DNA from: Podarcis pityusensis
Taxonomy: Eukaryota
Length of the DNA: 64,000 nt
Reading direction: 5' to 3' (one strand)
Assembly (NCBI GenBank): GCA_964106645.2
Contig: OZ067039.1
Shown here: positions 9,063 to 23,345 of the stretch, one piece after another
How the letters are laid out: each line of letters starts with the position of its first letter
Position numbering within the stretch: position 1 is the first letter of the stretch
The notes under the pieces: generated by a model
Told to the model about the DNA's origin: nothing
Database searches by the model: none
Seen by the model: only the letters and a program-made list of their open reading frames with translations
Translations under genes and position numbers: made by a program

Positions 9063-12000
9063 TAAATACTTCAATGACCTGTTTCCCACAATGTCTCCAG
9101 GAAGCACACAACCAGGTCATGTAGGCAAAAGGTCTCTTTTGTTGAGCAGCGCAAGGCCTAACCATCTTGACCAGCAGCCATTGATAGACTTATCCCATGT
9201 GAGTTTACTTTAAATGAGTTTAGATAGCTTAGAGAATCTAAGGACGCTTCCAGGCTGTTACTATTTTTGGGGAAAGGGTTGATCCACTAGTGTTTGCTGC
9301 TCTCCAAAGATGCACCAAAGCAATGCTCAGATCAGAGCTAGTTGGGGAGCTATTTGTGATAGTCCAGAATTTCTCCCTTCACTTCAGACCTTGTCAGCTG
9401 TCCTTGTAGCTGTGCAAGGAATGTGTGCACTGATAATTTGATCCAATTATCACTCTTTTAGCCTGTGGCTGTCATGTCAAGAGCTCTCCTTTCTCACTCC
9501 CATTCCCTGCATGCTTGGAGCGTCTGCAGAGGGACCTTCTGCAATGGAAAGTGAAAAGGAGATAACTTTCTCTGGGACAATTAAGCTCTGGAATGTACAG
9601 CAGGCCAAAGTCTATCTTGGGGCTCTGAGAGATTACACAGCCAGTACCTGATAGACCTTGCAGAGTTATAATTCAGCTGTGAAACAGCAGAGGTGAGGCA
9701 TGTGGACCCTTGATTAGAAATCTCTATGGCGCTTGGGCTAAAGCAGTTTTAGGATTTTGTCCTGAACCCTTAACAAGTTGAGTGTAATAAGCAGGGCAGT
9801 GAAACTCTTGCTGGTGGTAGGGAAGGGTAGGGAAAACGTTTCTGGGTCTAATGCAGGGGTGAGATATTGCTGGATGCCTAAGTCATATCAGCCCCAGCCA
9901 ATATGGTCAGTGTTCAGGAATGATGAGAGCTGTACTCTTTCAACACCTGGAGGTCACAGACTCCCTATCCCTGGTGCAAAGGGTCAGATATATAATGTCA
10001 GTCACTGGAAGCCATGTACAGTGGTACCTCGGGTTACACCACTCGTTCATCTCCGGAGAATGCTGCTTTCTAGATGCAGCTGTAGTCAGGCTCCACGTTC
10101 TTTGCACTTGGGCTACAACATTTGTGTTTCTGATAGGGGGATGGGGATAGAGAATGGAAGGGTTTATTCAGTTCCTCTGAAGCAATTAGCAGGCCTGAGG
10201 CTATGTATTGTGTGTGAGGGTTGAAATATTAAAATCACCACCTACATACTAAAACACTGATGGGGGTCTGCCTCATCACCATATATTACCTTCGGTTACC
10301 CCCCCACCCCCACCAGATTGTGAAGCTGTACACTGTAATGAAGACCTTGTGCTAAAGTTTATCAAGCTTAGTAAATGATCCAAGGACTGGCTCAGTTTCA
10401 ACCTTTAAATCATTGCCAATAAGGAGAAAGTTGGATAATGGTAAATAAATTAGCCATGGTGCATTCACTCAGCAAATGGCTCCCATCCATCTCCAGATCA
10501 TGTAATAAGCTTTTCGGACAGCCGGAATGTTGGCTAGGATGCTTCACTCCAAAATGCAAAACATAAGCATTGCGGGTTTTGACATTTCATCCCCAAAGTA
10601 TGAATAGCAAATGGCAGCTGATTTTTAACTCTAGCTGTTGCTACACAGCACACAGTCCCTCCAGAGCACTGCAGTGGCTTTCAGCTCTAAGGGAGCTTTG
10701 AAGGAATCGCTTGTACTCCTGATGGTTGAAGCCCAGAAGGGAGGTGCTCAAAAACGTCAAAGCTGTGCAAATGCATCAAAGAATTCTGCTTTGCACATTA
10801 TGTCAACAATGATGTTCCAGGGTTAAAAAGAAGAGGGTTACTAACAAATCAAATAAGTGACTTTACTGAATGCAAAATGTAAGTGTTTTAACTAAGAAGA
10901 AACCATGAAAAGAAGCAGAGAACCACGTGCAGATGACCTGTGGTGAGAAGGTTGATTGTACCTATCAGATTAGTCAGTTTTGAAGCAGCATTTCTGGCCA
11001 TCCTTTGGAGGTCCTTTGTGGGCATGCACATGTTTGGAGTTTCAAAACTCCCACAGTCTCCTCTCTCACAAGTGACTCTATGACGCTGCCATGTGGACTT
11101 GCTCCCAGTGTGGTCTTCCTTAGAGCTGCGGAAGCACCATGCTGCTCACCTTCAGAACCGTTCAGCTAGCATTGCAAATGCTCAAAACCCTCCAATGGGT
11201 TTCTGAATGTCCCAAGAATGTAATAATAATCTGCATCACAAATTTCTTCCCAGGCCATCCAGGTAGACACTTCTGCTTCTATTTTTGCTGAGAATGTTAT
11301 TCTGCATGTGGTTGTGTAAGCCTCAAATAACTCAGAGCGATCCAAATCAAATACAAAACAGTCCACAGCTGCTTATTGTGCCATTGTGCATGTGCACGGC
11401 TGGACATGTCTGTGAGCTTCTCCATGTGAGTGTGAAGCCTGATTAGCCAGGGCTTCCGCTCACACAGAAGAGCCCCTGTTTGCATGCATCTGTACAAATG
11501 TATATATTATTACACTTATAGCCCAAGTTTTCTCCAAATAACTCAAAGTGGCATACATATTTTTCTCGCCTTCTTTCCTATTTTATCCTCAAATCAATCC
11601 TGAGAGATGGTGGCTGGCCCAAGGTCACTGAGTAAGTTTCATGGCTGAGTAGAGATTTGACCCTTCAGCCTCCCGGGGCCTAGTCTTATACCCAACCCAC
11701 TATACCATACTGGATCTCTTTCACACTGATGCTGAACCCGGTGTGGCACCAGAATGTGTAGTTGGCAGGGGAGTGGAGCTATTGGGATTTGCAATAGTGC
11801 CAGAAGGCAATGCACAGAGGAAGCTCAAGCAAACTCCTCTCTGTTTCGAAGCTGCAACCAGGATGCAAAGTGCAGTTTTGTCTTTTGCTTGGTTTCTGGT
11901 AATTTAGGCTGTAAGAAATCTCAACATAAAATTTAGAACATGTAACAAACTTTGGAAGAATGATCTACCACTGAAAAACCTATCTGCCAGCTATAGCAAA

Positions 12001-13401
12001 GCTCCTGTGGCTTTTCTAGGGCAACGCTCTCCAATCATTTTATTCGCCCGATACTGTAGACTTGCACTTAAAACTGTTACTTCCAAACAATTCCTCTCCA
12101 TCTACAGTGACTCCAAGGCTACTTCCATTCACAAAAATACTTCTGAAAGGGAAGACATCTCCATTGATTAAAATGGCTCCAAGTCTATTTTGCTCTTGCT
12201 CTCCCCCCCAGCTCTCCCCCACCCCACCCCCACCCAAACCAGAACTAGAACCAGTTCCAATTAATCTAAAATCTAAATCAACCTAAAATCTTGTTGAGAC
12301 AATGAAGCTTTCCTTCTTTATTCAAAGTCCATGTTGCAGCCCTGCTGGTCTCCAGAGGGTTGCCATGGTTATTCTGCAAATAACTGATGTCATCTCTCTT
12401 TTGTAACTGCGAGGCCTTTTCAGCTGACCGACTCTGGAGAGAGCAGTTTAAAATTCGAAGACATAGACATCCAAGGTCTTACTGAGAGGACTCTGCTACT
12501 GGAATGGCAATTGCAAGGGAAGCCATGGGAGGGAAAGAGAGGGAGAGGAAAAGGGGGGAAAAAAGGTTGTGTGTGAACTAGATGGGTTCCTAAGGTTGCA
12601 CAAGAATTGATGGGAAATGAGGGTGACAGGCACCAAAGGTATTGTGGGTAAACAATGATAGCACTGATAGCAGAAAAAGATTGAAATCCATAAGAAAGCT
12701 AACTGAAACTGTTGAATAGATAGAAAGAGAAAGGCAGTCAAAATGATACAAAAGCAGGAAGGGAAATGGAGAAATAAGCTGTTTGCGTTCTGACTTAGGA
12801 ATTGAAAAGCAGGATAAGCGTGCAGGACTTTAAATGTGTTCCAGATAGTGAAGGTCATATAGCTAATGCACCAGAGCTGGCATCCTTCTGTCTGGCGATT
12901 AACTAATGCATATAGCACAACATTTTGCCAATACGAAACGCTTATTTATTTATGGACATATTCAAAACCCATGTATTCATATTAATTAGTATTTTAATCC
13001 TTGAATAGGCACATTAACATAGATGCCTGTGTGACAAGGCTACTCCGTTTAGCATGAGAAAAGATGCAAAACTGGCCTCATAGGAGTTCTTTATTGGGCA
13101 AAATAAATGCCTTTTGTGCAAAAAGAACACATGGTACAATCAAAATCTAGAGGTTAACTTGTTTTTTAAAAATCACAACAGATTCATAATTATAAGTCAG
13201 AACAGTTCAGTTAGGCAGGCAAAAGCTACAGCAAAAGGGAGAAAGTCACTGGTTTCTTGACCTAGTCCCATAATAATGATCTTATATGAAAGGCTGCTTG
13301 CATATTCCTCTAAGTACATGCATGTAAACACAATGCTGTCCCACTAAAAATGTCCCAGAAGTCTCAGTCTTGGGGTTAGAATAGTTCTGCCACTTAAAAT
13401 A

Positions 13402-13447
<46 letters not shown>

Positions 13448-13790
13448 ATCATCATCATCATCATCATCATCTGTCCTTCATCAGCAGGTCTAAGGGCAGG
13501 TTGACACAATACTACTTTAAAACCAGTAAAAACAAAGCACAGGGATAGAGTGGGTCTCCTGAAAATACACATCTCGTGTGTCAAAGGTAAAGAGATGCAT
13601 CCTCAGCATTAGCTGAAAGTGAAGGTGCTGGATGTACCTCTGTGGTGAGGGATATTCACAACTTAGGGGTTGTCACAGACAATGCTCTCTCTCAGGTCAT
13701 CACCCCCGGAACTTCAGAGGGCTGCTGGACTATCAAGATGGCCCCCTCTGCTTATGATAACACCCAAGGGAGTCTGTAGAAAACAGAGGC
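13402..13790 (-). mobile_element. Old L2-type LINE 3' fragment with (TAT)n(CAT)n microsatellite tail
   Basis: Compound triplet repeat 13402-13470 followed by a degenerate L2-like 3' end. Confidence 0.55.
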
Positions 13791-13813
13791 AATGTGTCAA
13801 ATATATGCATAGG

Positions 13814-14164
13814 TAAAGGTAAAGGGACCCCTGACCATTAGGTCCAGTCGTGACCGACTCTGGGGTTGCGATGCTCATCTCGCTTTATTGGCCAAGGGAG
13901 CCGGCGCACAGCTTCCAGGTCATGTGGCCAGCATGACTAAGCCGCTTCTGGCGAACCAGAGCAGCGCACGGAAACGCCGTTTACCTTCCCTCCGGAGCGG
14001 TACCTATTTATCTACTTGCACTTTTTTGGCGTGCTTTCGAACTGCTAGGTTGGCAGGAGCAGGGACCGAGCAACGGGAGCTCACCCCATTGCTGGGATTC
14101 GAACTGCCGACCTTCTGATCGGCAAGTCCTAGGCTCTGTGGTTTAACCCACAGTGCCACCCCTC
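13814..14164 (-). mobile_element. Sauria SINE
   Basis: (AAAGGT)n tail at left, head at right, TSD ATATGCATAGG. Confidence 0.92.
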
Positions 14165-14256
14165 ATATGCATAGGACCCCCCGCAATAAACCGGCTAGTT
14201 GTTTCCTTCCTATACAGTGATGGTCAAAGTATACGTAGCAGACATCAGATGAAGGA

Positions 14257-14471
14257 NNNNNNNNNNNNNNNNNNNNNNNNNNNNNNNNNNNNNNNNNNNN
14301 NNNNNNNNNNNNNNNNNNNNNNNNNNNNNNNNNNNNNNNNNNNNNNNNNNNNNNNNNNNNNNNNNNNNNNNNNNNNNNNNNNNNNNNNNNNNNNNNNNNN
14401 NNNNNNNNNNNNNNNNNNNNNNNNNNNNNNNNNNNNNNNNNNNNNNNNNNNNNNNNNNNNNNNNNNNNNNN
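14257..14471. other. Assembly gap (215 N)
   Basis: Run of N. Confidence 0.99.
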
Positions 14472-14641
14472 CATGAAAGCTGTCTTCATGAGCTGAACTC
14501 TCCATTGTCAGGCAGAGGTTTTGCCCAGTTTGCTACTTTGGTTCCTATAACTGGAGAGTGGAGACACCCAGAAAATTGTACCAGGGACCATTATACATTA
14601 TATATATATGTGGTCTGATATAAATTATGCACTCTTACTAT

Positions 14642-14863
14642 CAGTGCTTTTTTTATAGAGAAAAAGGTGCCAGAATGCACCTCTTTGGACTGGGGTGTGT
14701 GTCTCCTCGCTAGCCAGAGGCTTGTTGAAGCTGCTCCCCTTTGGCACTTCAGCTGAGCAGCTTCACGAGCTCCCCCCACTTCTCACTTGTTCAGGTGTGG
14801 TGGGGCGCAACTGAGAGGTGTCAGAACGCTGCTCCGGAGAGTTCCGGCTGAATAAAAGCCCTG
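14642..14863. mobile_element. hAT-like MITE (related to 35161-35272)
   Basis: TIR CAGTGCTTTTTT / AAAAGCCCTG; TSD poorly preserved. Confidence 0.6.
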
Positions 14864-16934
14864 CTTCCCACTCTTACACACTCTTATCGTTGTGGCCCTT
14901 CAACATTATCTAAAGAAGGAACATATCTCTGCTTCTCTTCTGTTATAAGATTTGAACTCACAAACTTATGGGCACAAACCTGGAAAGAACACCATACCTA
15001 CTCCATTGAGACACAACATCTGAGACCTTTATCAGCAGCTGGCCATAGACTGGGCAATTTTCCTCTCCAGAATACGTACTGGGGACCTGTTTGTAGAAGC
15101 AGGGTTGAAATTGCTCAGTTCTTCTTGTGAGTTCCACATGAGACTTCCATAGGCATGTACCAGCCTTTAGCTGTCCTGAATGAGCTGGACTTACTCTTAT
15201 TTAGCTCAAAAGAGTTCATGGATTTAAATATGAATGAATGCCCCATTTTCTCTGTACTTAATTTTTGCTAATGGAGGGTTGGCTTGAATGTAAGCAGCCA
15301 CCGAAAAGAGCTGGTCTCCGTAGTCTGAGAATATTAATAAGAAACCCAAACTAAATGGTGACCTGTTTGCCCTGAGCTTCTGCTTTAAACTGGGTCACGT
15401 CCAGGAAGCTGACAAAAATATCCCCGCCACGGTAATTCATTCTCCCACACTTGTGCCTTGAAATAGACTCCTTTGTTTTTGTTTGGTTGCCTGCAAGACT
15501 TCTCTCCCTGCCTCTTGAATTCTTGCACTTCTTATTTGTATGAATTTATCACTCTCTTGATCCCAAAATAGCCTCAGTATTTTGGGACATCTTTGGAACA
15601 CTCAAGTGTCTTTAGGAATGTGGTTGTGAGCCATCCAAGGCGATATATCATAAAACTGAACTCAGGCCACTGAAGAAGCTGTTGAGAAAAGCTCGGCATA
15701 GCTTTCAAGTGGCGTAACAACCCACTTGTTTCTTTGTGTTTGTGCACATACAATTCCATGAATTATCAAGATGCTCCAAAAGAAGTCTCAGCGCTCCTTC
15801 TTTATCATGTTAAGCATGCAATGGACTTTGAAAACTTGAGCTCATTCATCCTCATGAAGGAGAAGGAGGGCAGGGCATTACTAAATAAGGTTGGACAGTG
15901 GTGCCATTGGGGAGGGACTTTAGGGCAGATGTCCAGGATCCCACTTAGCAGAATGAGCAGGAGGCAGCAAACACATTTTGTGCTTCAGAGGAGAAGCAGG
16001 CTCATGATGCTCCTTAGCATATCAAGAAAGGTGTTTAGCAAAGCAAGCAGGCTGTGCAGCAGGCAGCAGCTAAAAGTATCTCCTGCCAAGCCTCATCGGG
16101 TAGGAGGATCCCAAACATGTTGATCGCTTAACAACTGAGCATGAAGTCAAAATCCAAATACGTACTGAGCAATGGCTTCCAATTTGCCGCCTCTTTCATC
16201 CCATTCTCTTGTACTTAACAATGTTTGATACTTCCAAGAAAACTTTTTTGGGGGAGGGAATGCTGCTGCCAGTTATTGGCAATATTGGGCCTGACTTGGT
16301 ATTAAGCAGATTTCTATGTTCCCCAAGGTGATACTGTTTCCAAGGAGAGTTTAGTAGTGCATTCTTGCTCTCCTTGGTATGCAAATATGGAGTACTGTGT
16401 TGGAAACCATGGATTCACTGCATTAGCAGAAGAAATGTATGTTCCTCTGATCTAGAGCTCTTTCTGGTTCTGGAGTGTGTGTGTGTGTGTGTGTGTTGCT
16501 ACCTCCTGGATTCCAGTCCTGCCCTCTTAAAGAAATTCTTAGTGGCAAATATTTCCATTTCTTCTTTCCATAAATATGTACACTAATCTCTAGTAGATAC
16601 ATCTGCCATCTCCTCCATTGGCAGGGCGCCACTCAGTACACTCCCTGTACAAAACCACCATACTTGCTATCCTAGCTCTGCTTTGATGCAGTGCTTATTA
16701 CAGCTTTCCCCACAACTCCCATCAGCCCTGGCCTGTACGGCCAGTGGTCAGGGTTAATGGGAGTTGTAATCCAAAACATCTGGAGGGTACCAGGATAGAG
16801 AAGGCTAGTTTATTGAGATATTAAAGTGACATTGACCATCCAATCCCAGTTGGACTCAACCCCACACCTTTTTGCTCAGAAGTGAGCATTGCTGTGCTCA
16901 GTGCCGTTTACTCACTACTACTACTACCACTACT

Positions 16935-17200
16935 AATGATTTATATAACCCCCTTCATCACGAGAACTCAGGGCAGTTCACAGAGTAAAAATACAGGTAA
17001 AACAGTTAAAAATAGTTAACAAAACAAAACAAAACAAAACAAAACAAAACAAAACAAAACAATAGCCCCTTCCCACAAACACAAATGAAAGGCTGTAGTC
17101 AGCCAAAGGCCTGGTTGAAGACAAATGTTTTTACCTGGTGCCTAAAGATATATAATGAAGGTGCCAGGCAAACCTCTCTGGGGAGAACATTCCGCAAACA
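16935..17200 (-). mobile_element. L2-type LINE 3' fragment containing an (AAAAC)n repeat
   Basis: GCCAAAGGCCTGGTTGAAGA...GGTGCCAGGC...GGGAGAACATTCC on the plus strand, L2-like RT tail. Confidence 0.6.
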
Positions 17201-18134
17201 AAGACATAAGAACCAAACATTATGAAAGACAAGAGAATGCTGCTGTGCCTGTATCTCCTATCCTAGGTAAATATGGATATACTGCCAACAAACCTGTTGT
17301 TGTCGCACCTTACTGGCTATTATTTATAGAGAGTTACTTCCAAGTCAAACATACCAAAGCCAGCCAATTGCGCTTTACACTGCAAGAAGTCCCTAACAAT
17401 GTGAAGCCCTAAGCCATGGCTTACTTGGCCATGGCTTACTCCTAAATCCAGTACCACAGGCAGAAATTCGGCAGGTTACGAAATGAAGAGCTGTGCCCTT
17501 TGCTTTCTGCCTGATACGAAGCTGTTAAAGGCACAGATCCTTTGTCATCTATGTTTAAGGCTGAAACGCTGTGCCCTCTTTCGTAGGATGAAGCAACATG
17601 GAACTTCGTGGGGCTTAACTTCCAAAAAGAGATGCATAAGATTACACTGTGAGTTAAAAATATTCACTCTGTGGCATTGGCACTTTGTTTGGCTCTAAGT
17701 CTCAAGTATAATTAACACATGATTAAAAGAAAGAAAGAAAATCATTTTCAAATCTGGTGGCTGCTAATTAAGTTGGGTGCCACTACTGCAATAAACTAGG
17801 TGCTGCCTTGCTACGAGGCAATGAACTTGCCTCATAGCAAGGACTTGTTGGCTCCTGGAGATTGTAATCCCAGTGAGCGACAGCCACTCTAGCTGCATGT
17901 GGCAAAAGAGCTATTATTTCCTGAAACATTCAGGGTGCCCAGCCAAATAATGTTGAGAGATACAGATCACACACCCTATGGGCTTCTTGGGTGGGTGGTC
18001 ATGCTCTGTACACAAAATTGGCCTACTGTTTCAGAAGCAGCACTGTGTGAGAGTTTATTTATGTTTAAGGCTGCCCAATCATTTGAACATAAGCAGAGTT
18101 GGGTGCACTTTCAACTCCTAAAAGTTCAACCCCT

Positions 18135-18183
<49 letters not shown>

Positions 18184-18514
18184 CCCTCCCCCAAATTTTA
18201 TCATTCAGCAAACTATGCTTAATATAAATTGTTGCCTAAATATGCTTAATTTGCAATCTCTGTTTTGAAGAATGTTGACTTTTTTTGAGCAGGGACTTGT
18301 GTGTCTTGGGAGAAATCACTAAGAGACAACACTATCACGGAAAGACTAACTAACCCCCTGTGTCGTCGTCCCCTCCCTATATGTAGAAGGCGCTTCCAGG
18401 CTGCATACTCTGGTACTCCCAGTTTCATTTGTTACATGCTAAATGGGGAGTGAGAGAAAGCATTGGAGTGGGTGGGTAAGAACTCAAAGCATGACTTCCG
18501 CCATAGACTTGGAA

Positions 18515-18689
18515 TAGGAGCATAGGAAGCTGCTTTCCACTGAGTCGGACCATTGGCCATTTGGCTCAGTATTGTCTGACTAGCAACAACTCTCCTGGGT
18601 TTCAGAGAGGAGTCTTTCTCCAGCTCTACTTGAAGATGTCAGGGATGGAACCTGAGTTAATGCTCTACCACTGAGTTAAGCCTTCTTCC
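18515..18689 (-). mobile_element. tRNA-derived SINE
   Basis: TGCTCTACCACTGAG (A-box reverse complement); same family as 42328-42519. Confidence 0.6.
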
Positions 18690-19120
18690 CAGGGCCGGCT
18701 TACCCATAGGCACTAGGGGTGCGGGGCACCCGGGCGCCGGGCTCTCAGGGGCACCAGGCTGTGAATCCGGGGCCAAGATTTGGAGCCTGGGGACTGAAGA
18801 GCCAGGCCAGCCGACAGCTGCTGCCGAGCAGAGCAGAGCCCGTTGGAGCGCCGCAGGCTTTTCTGCTGTGGGCGCTGAGGCAGCCGGCCGGCTCCGCCCT
18901 TCTGTGTGCCTGGGATTGGTGGGCTGTGGAGAGGCCCGCCCAGCGCATGCATGCTGCTCACATGAGGCATCCAGCTTCCCACCCAAGCCTCTGCGGGGAT
19001 TGCCCTCCTCCCGCAGTGGCATGGAAGAGAGTTCTGCGCCCACCACCCATATGGCTGGAAAGTGCGCAGCTTCCCTCCCAAGCCTCTGTGGGATCGCTCT
19101 CCTCCCTCCACCCGCAGAGG
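18690..19120. mobile_element. GC-rich truncated hAT-like element
   Basis: Starts CAGGGCCGGCTTA; CpG-rich; internal duplication (AGCTTCCC.CCCAAGCCTCTG.GGGAT); no right TIR found. Confidence 0.55.
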
Positions 19121-22100
19121 AAAAACAGTAATCCTCATATAAAGCCTAGGTTTGGACAACAAGTTCAACTCGATTTACCAGCAATTCATTGTTGTGAAGA
19201 TATGAGGTTGGATATAAAGGCTTATCTCTTACTCTTATTTATTTTTCTCTTTGCCAGCTAACACCCAAATAATGAAATAAGGCGAATACATTTCCTCCTT
19301 CTCTATAAAGCCTGAAATAAGTTTTCATAAGGCAAAGCAGATATAAGCACAGTTTATCCACTTGAAGCTCTCTTCTGGGCAAGAGATTCATTTAAGCTAG
19401 GGATATATTTCCTTGCATGCCCCAAGTATCTGCCAAACAGCTAGGCTCTGCAGTAAAGTCTCAGCATAGCTATCACACAGGGCCTTGCATAAAACTGTAA
19501 AACTGAAGAGTGGATTACCGTATCTGTGTCTTTCACATATGCTAATGGGGAAGTTGTGGCACTCCAGACACTGAATGGACTACAACTCTCATCATTTTTG
19601 ACAATGGACTGTGTTGTCTGGGGCTGATGGGAAATGGAGTCCAACAACATTTGGAGGACACAGGTTCCCTGTCCTTGATTCCTTACCCACAACTGTTTAG
19701 GTGACCATCCACGTTCCACGCCTAGTCCAGCATTCTGTTCTAACAGTGGCTAGCCAGATGCTTATATGGGATGCCCAAAAGCACTCTCCCCACCTCTGAC
19801 AGCGGAGGTAAAGCCGAGCCATCATGGCTAGTAGCCACTGATCAAAGGAGAAAGAGAGGACAGGGTGCTTACTTTGTACCCTTAACACTTGTGTAATAGA
19901 GATTTTTGGAAGGCACCGCTTACCATGCCAGGGTAGGAAAAACTGCCACTGCTGAAAAAACCCTCTTCAGAGCAAATATTGAATGTACAGGAGACCTATC
20001 CAGCTTTGTATTTGCTCGACCTCAATTGCCCATCAGTAAAATGGGAATAATATTGATCTTGGGGCAAACACAATAAAGATTGCAAAGCACAGACTGAAGC
20101 GCTGTACAAACAATACACGGGAACATGACTAATATGATCACTCTATACATAGTACACAAGAAAACCACTGACAAGTGCATGCAGAAACAGCTTGGATTTG
20201 GACAGCGTCCCAGCTGTAACTCTACATTTTTGAGACAGGTTGTCTATTGTGAATACACCTGAAAGAGAGTGGTTTCCCCCCTCCTTTGGTCATTTCTCAA
20301 ACAGCATACTCAGGGGTGGCTCCTGTGAAAGAAATGGCCAGTCTTACGCATGGCGTTTTCCAGGCTGTGGATTCCAAAGCAAAGCCTGAAGCAGCAAAAA
20401 GCAAAATGCTTCCCCTCCACAGTTGTAGGATGAGGAGCACAGAGGCTGATTCAGTCTTGAGCTGCCAGGCGTTCCTGCCACTGTCACTCAACCAGCAGAG
20501 AGGGACTAACTGGGTGAGGGTGGAACAATAGAGAATGGGCTGTCAAAAGACATGCCCAAGAACAGAATGGTGGGAGGGGGTGGAGGAATGATGAATAGAT
20601 GCTTCCTACACATGTTTACAAGGAGAGGCATTGATCCCCAGCATGCTGGGTGCCTGCAGGGTCACTAGCACAAGAGGGAAGAGATAAAAGAGTCACTGTC
20701 AGTATAACAGCCCCAGGGCAGAAGGAATTTCTATCAGAGGGACCAGGAAATAAGAGACACTTTACTGTGGAGTTAGAAGTTGCAGCCTTCATGTGTGGCG
20801 GGAAAGCATCTGGGTGTGGGCTGCAGTGAGAAGGGATGCTAAAATAACTCCCATTTTTCCACAAAAATCCCTTGAGTTATTGCTTCCTAATGAAGAACGT
20901 CATGAAATGTCACAGATATTGCTAGCATAGGACCTAGAATCGAGAACTGTATATAATTCCCGCAGTTTCTTCTAGCATTGTTCAGCATATGTGGCCTGCA
21001 GATTTATTTTAAGAACGAAAGAAGAGCTTTGCTGGGTGAGGCCAAAGGCTCATTTAGGCCAGCATCTTGTTCTTACAGTGGCCAATCAGATGTCTCTGGG
21101 AAGCCCACAGTCAGGGCCTGAGTGCAATAGGGTCATCCCAGCTTGCGATTCCCAGCAACTGGTATTCAGAAACATATCACCTCCAGCACTGGAGGTGGTG
21201 CACAGACATCACTTTGCGGTACTTCTGTTGGTGAAATATTCATTATCATTGCAAAATGTGGGTATTTTGTCCACATGCGGCTTCCATAAAACTGCCACTC
21301 TTGACATTCTTGGCTTCACCCTGCACTCCACTGTGACATCACCCATTGTGAAATGTTTTATGCTTCTGGCAATCTTAGTTCATCCAAGTGTTTCAGATAT
21401 AGTGGTTGAAAAGTGTTGGTAGGAGTCTTTCTGCATTTTTTGTTTAGAAACACATACACCCTTCCAAATCCCTTTCATAACGCCTACACTCCAGTACCTA
21501 CAAAGCTAAGCATTTCCAGAAGAGGAAACAACCCAAGATTTGTTCAACTATAAAGATCAGCCAAGTGTGTATTCAATTCATGTACTTCACTCTGAACTAG
21601 AAGAAATATACTGTGGTGGTATGCGATATATATAGTCTCCTCTGGAGCTGAGAAGACAGAGAGGCTTCACTTGTGCTGAAACCACATGCTACCCCCCCCC
21701 CCACCTCATGGGGGAACAAGATGTGTTGGAGAGTTAATGCTTTGAGCCTTTCCATCTTATGCTCAGGCTTCATATATGCTTAAAACACCTTGTAGTTACC
21801 AAAATAAGGTGGCTCCTAAAAATGTTTGTTCAGCAGGCTTAAAAACATGTACTGTGTGCTTAAAATGTATTAAAATTAATCCCCAATAATATTCTGGTTT
21901 TAATCTGTTATAGAATATTTAGGCATGCCAAATGACTTATATATGTATCTAATTAATTCAGACTCTTAAAGCAAGGAACCTGGAGCAACAACTCTATCAT
22001 CTTACAAGTGACTATGCATGTTGCAGGCTCAGAAACAGACAAAAAACAAAGACACCAAATTCCCCCTGTTTTATTTCTGTGCCCCTAAATACACCTAGTA

Positions 22101-22704
22101 GGAAGTAACAGTACAACCCCATGCATGTAGAAACTGAATTACATCCCATAGAGTCTAATAGAGCGTCTTTTTAGGGTAGTGAGTATAGGATTGCAGCCTA
22201 AAGCTGTAATCTGAATATGCATGTATAGAATATGCACTGTAAGGCTATTTAAACAGTAAAACCTAGCCAGGTGTATAGCAGGAATGGGGAACCTGTAGGC
22301 CTCCAGATGTTGCAAGACTCTAAATCCCTTCAGACCCAACCAGCATGGCCAATGTGTAGGGATAATGGGAGTCTGACATCTGGAGGGCAACAGGCTCCTC
22401 ATCCCTGATATATAAGATGCTATTAGTTATGATAGCTAATGGAGGCTCCATGTCCTCTGAATTCCAAGGGCTTCTGTCTTTGCTATACTTTACTTTTGAA
22501 CTTCTGGATGCAGCTGGCTGGCCAGTGATGGAAACACCTTTGCCTTGATCCAAGCCTAGATCCTTAGGACTGGACTGCTGGATTAATTGAGAGAATATTA
22601 TGCATTATAAATCATTTTAGGGGGGAAACCCCCCACAAAACAAGTGCAAAGTAGTTAGCAGCATAACTAGTAGCACAGCAAGCAAATGCCAGGTTTATTC
22701 TATC

Positions 22705-22835
22705 CAGTGCTTCCCCCCCCCTAAAAAAATGTTTCTCATTTTTCTACTCATATTGAAATACTGCCCCTTAATGAGGCCAAACTTAGATTCACAAAACATT
22801 TAGGGGTATGCGTCCCCCCCAGAAAAAAAGCATCG
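22705..22835. mobile_element. Short hAT MITE
   Basis: CAGTGCTT...AAGCATCG; 8-bp TSD ATTCTATC/ATTCTGTC. Confidence 0.7.
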
Positions 22836-23312
22836 ATTCTGTCTATTACAACTACTATAGAACTATTATTTATCCCAAAAACTTGCACAGAGCATTTTAA
22901 AATTGTATGCATGTGTTCTGTTCTTTACACACACAAAACACATTGAACTGATTCCCCACCCCGGTTATAGTTTAATAACATTCTCCTGTAATGGCACAAG
23001 AGGCAGTTGTGGTTTTTTTGTCTGCTGTGCGGGATGCAGGAATATACGAGCGATCTGCTCAGCAGACGTTGGCCTCGTCTGCAACATTCCAAGACAAACA
23101 CCAGGCCGCCCCCATCTTCTGCCGGTTGCTCCCTGTCCTACAATTCACAGCTCGTGACTCAGAGGAGGGCAGCGACAAACACACAAAATGCCAAACTAAT
23201 TATTTCGCTTTGTCAGCTCGGTAAAAAGCATTATTATTTTGGTAGGAGGCTGTGTTTTCATAAAGAAAGCCTTTGAGAAAACAAAACAATTAAAAAAAAA
23301 AACCTCAGTGAC

Positions 23313-23345
<33 letters not shown>

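Noticed and set aside
11166-11366. Protein-looking 66-aa minus-strand ORF
   Set aside because: No ATG start, no recognised homology, no clear splice boundaries.
14153-14505. ORFs spanning X residues
   Set aside because: Artefacts of the N gap.
18657-19261. Long overlapping ORFs (up to 180 aa); similar ones at 8608-8967 and 28083-28651
   Set aside because: Stop-poor GC-rich MITE interiors with no domain or splice support.
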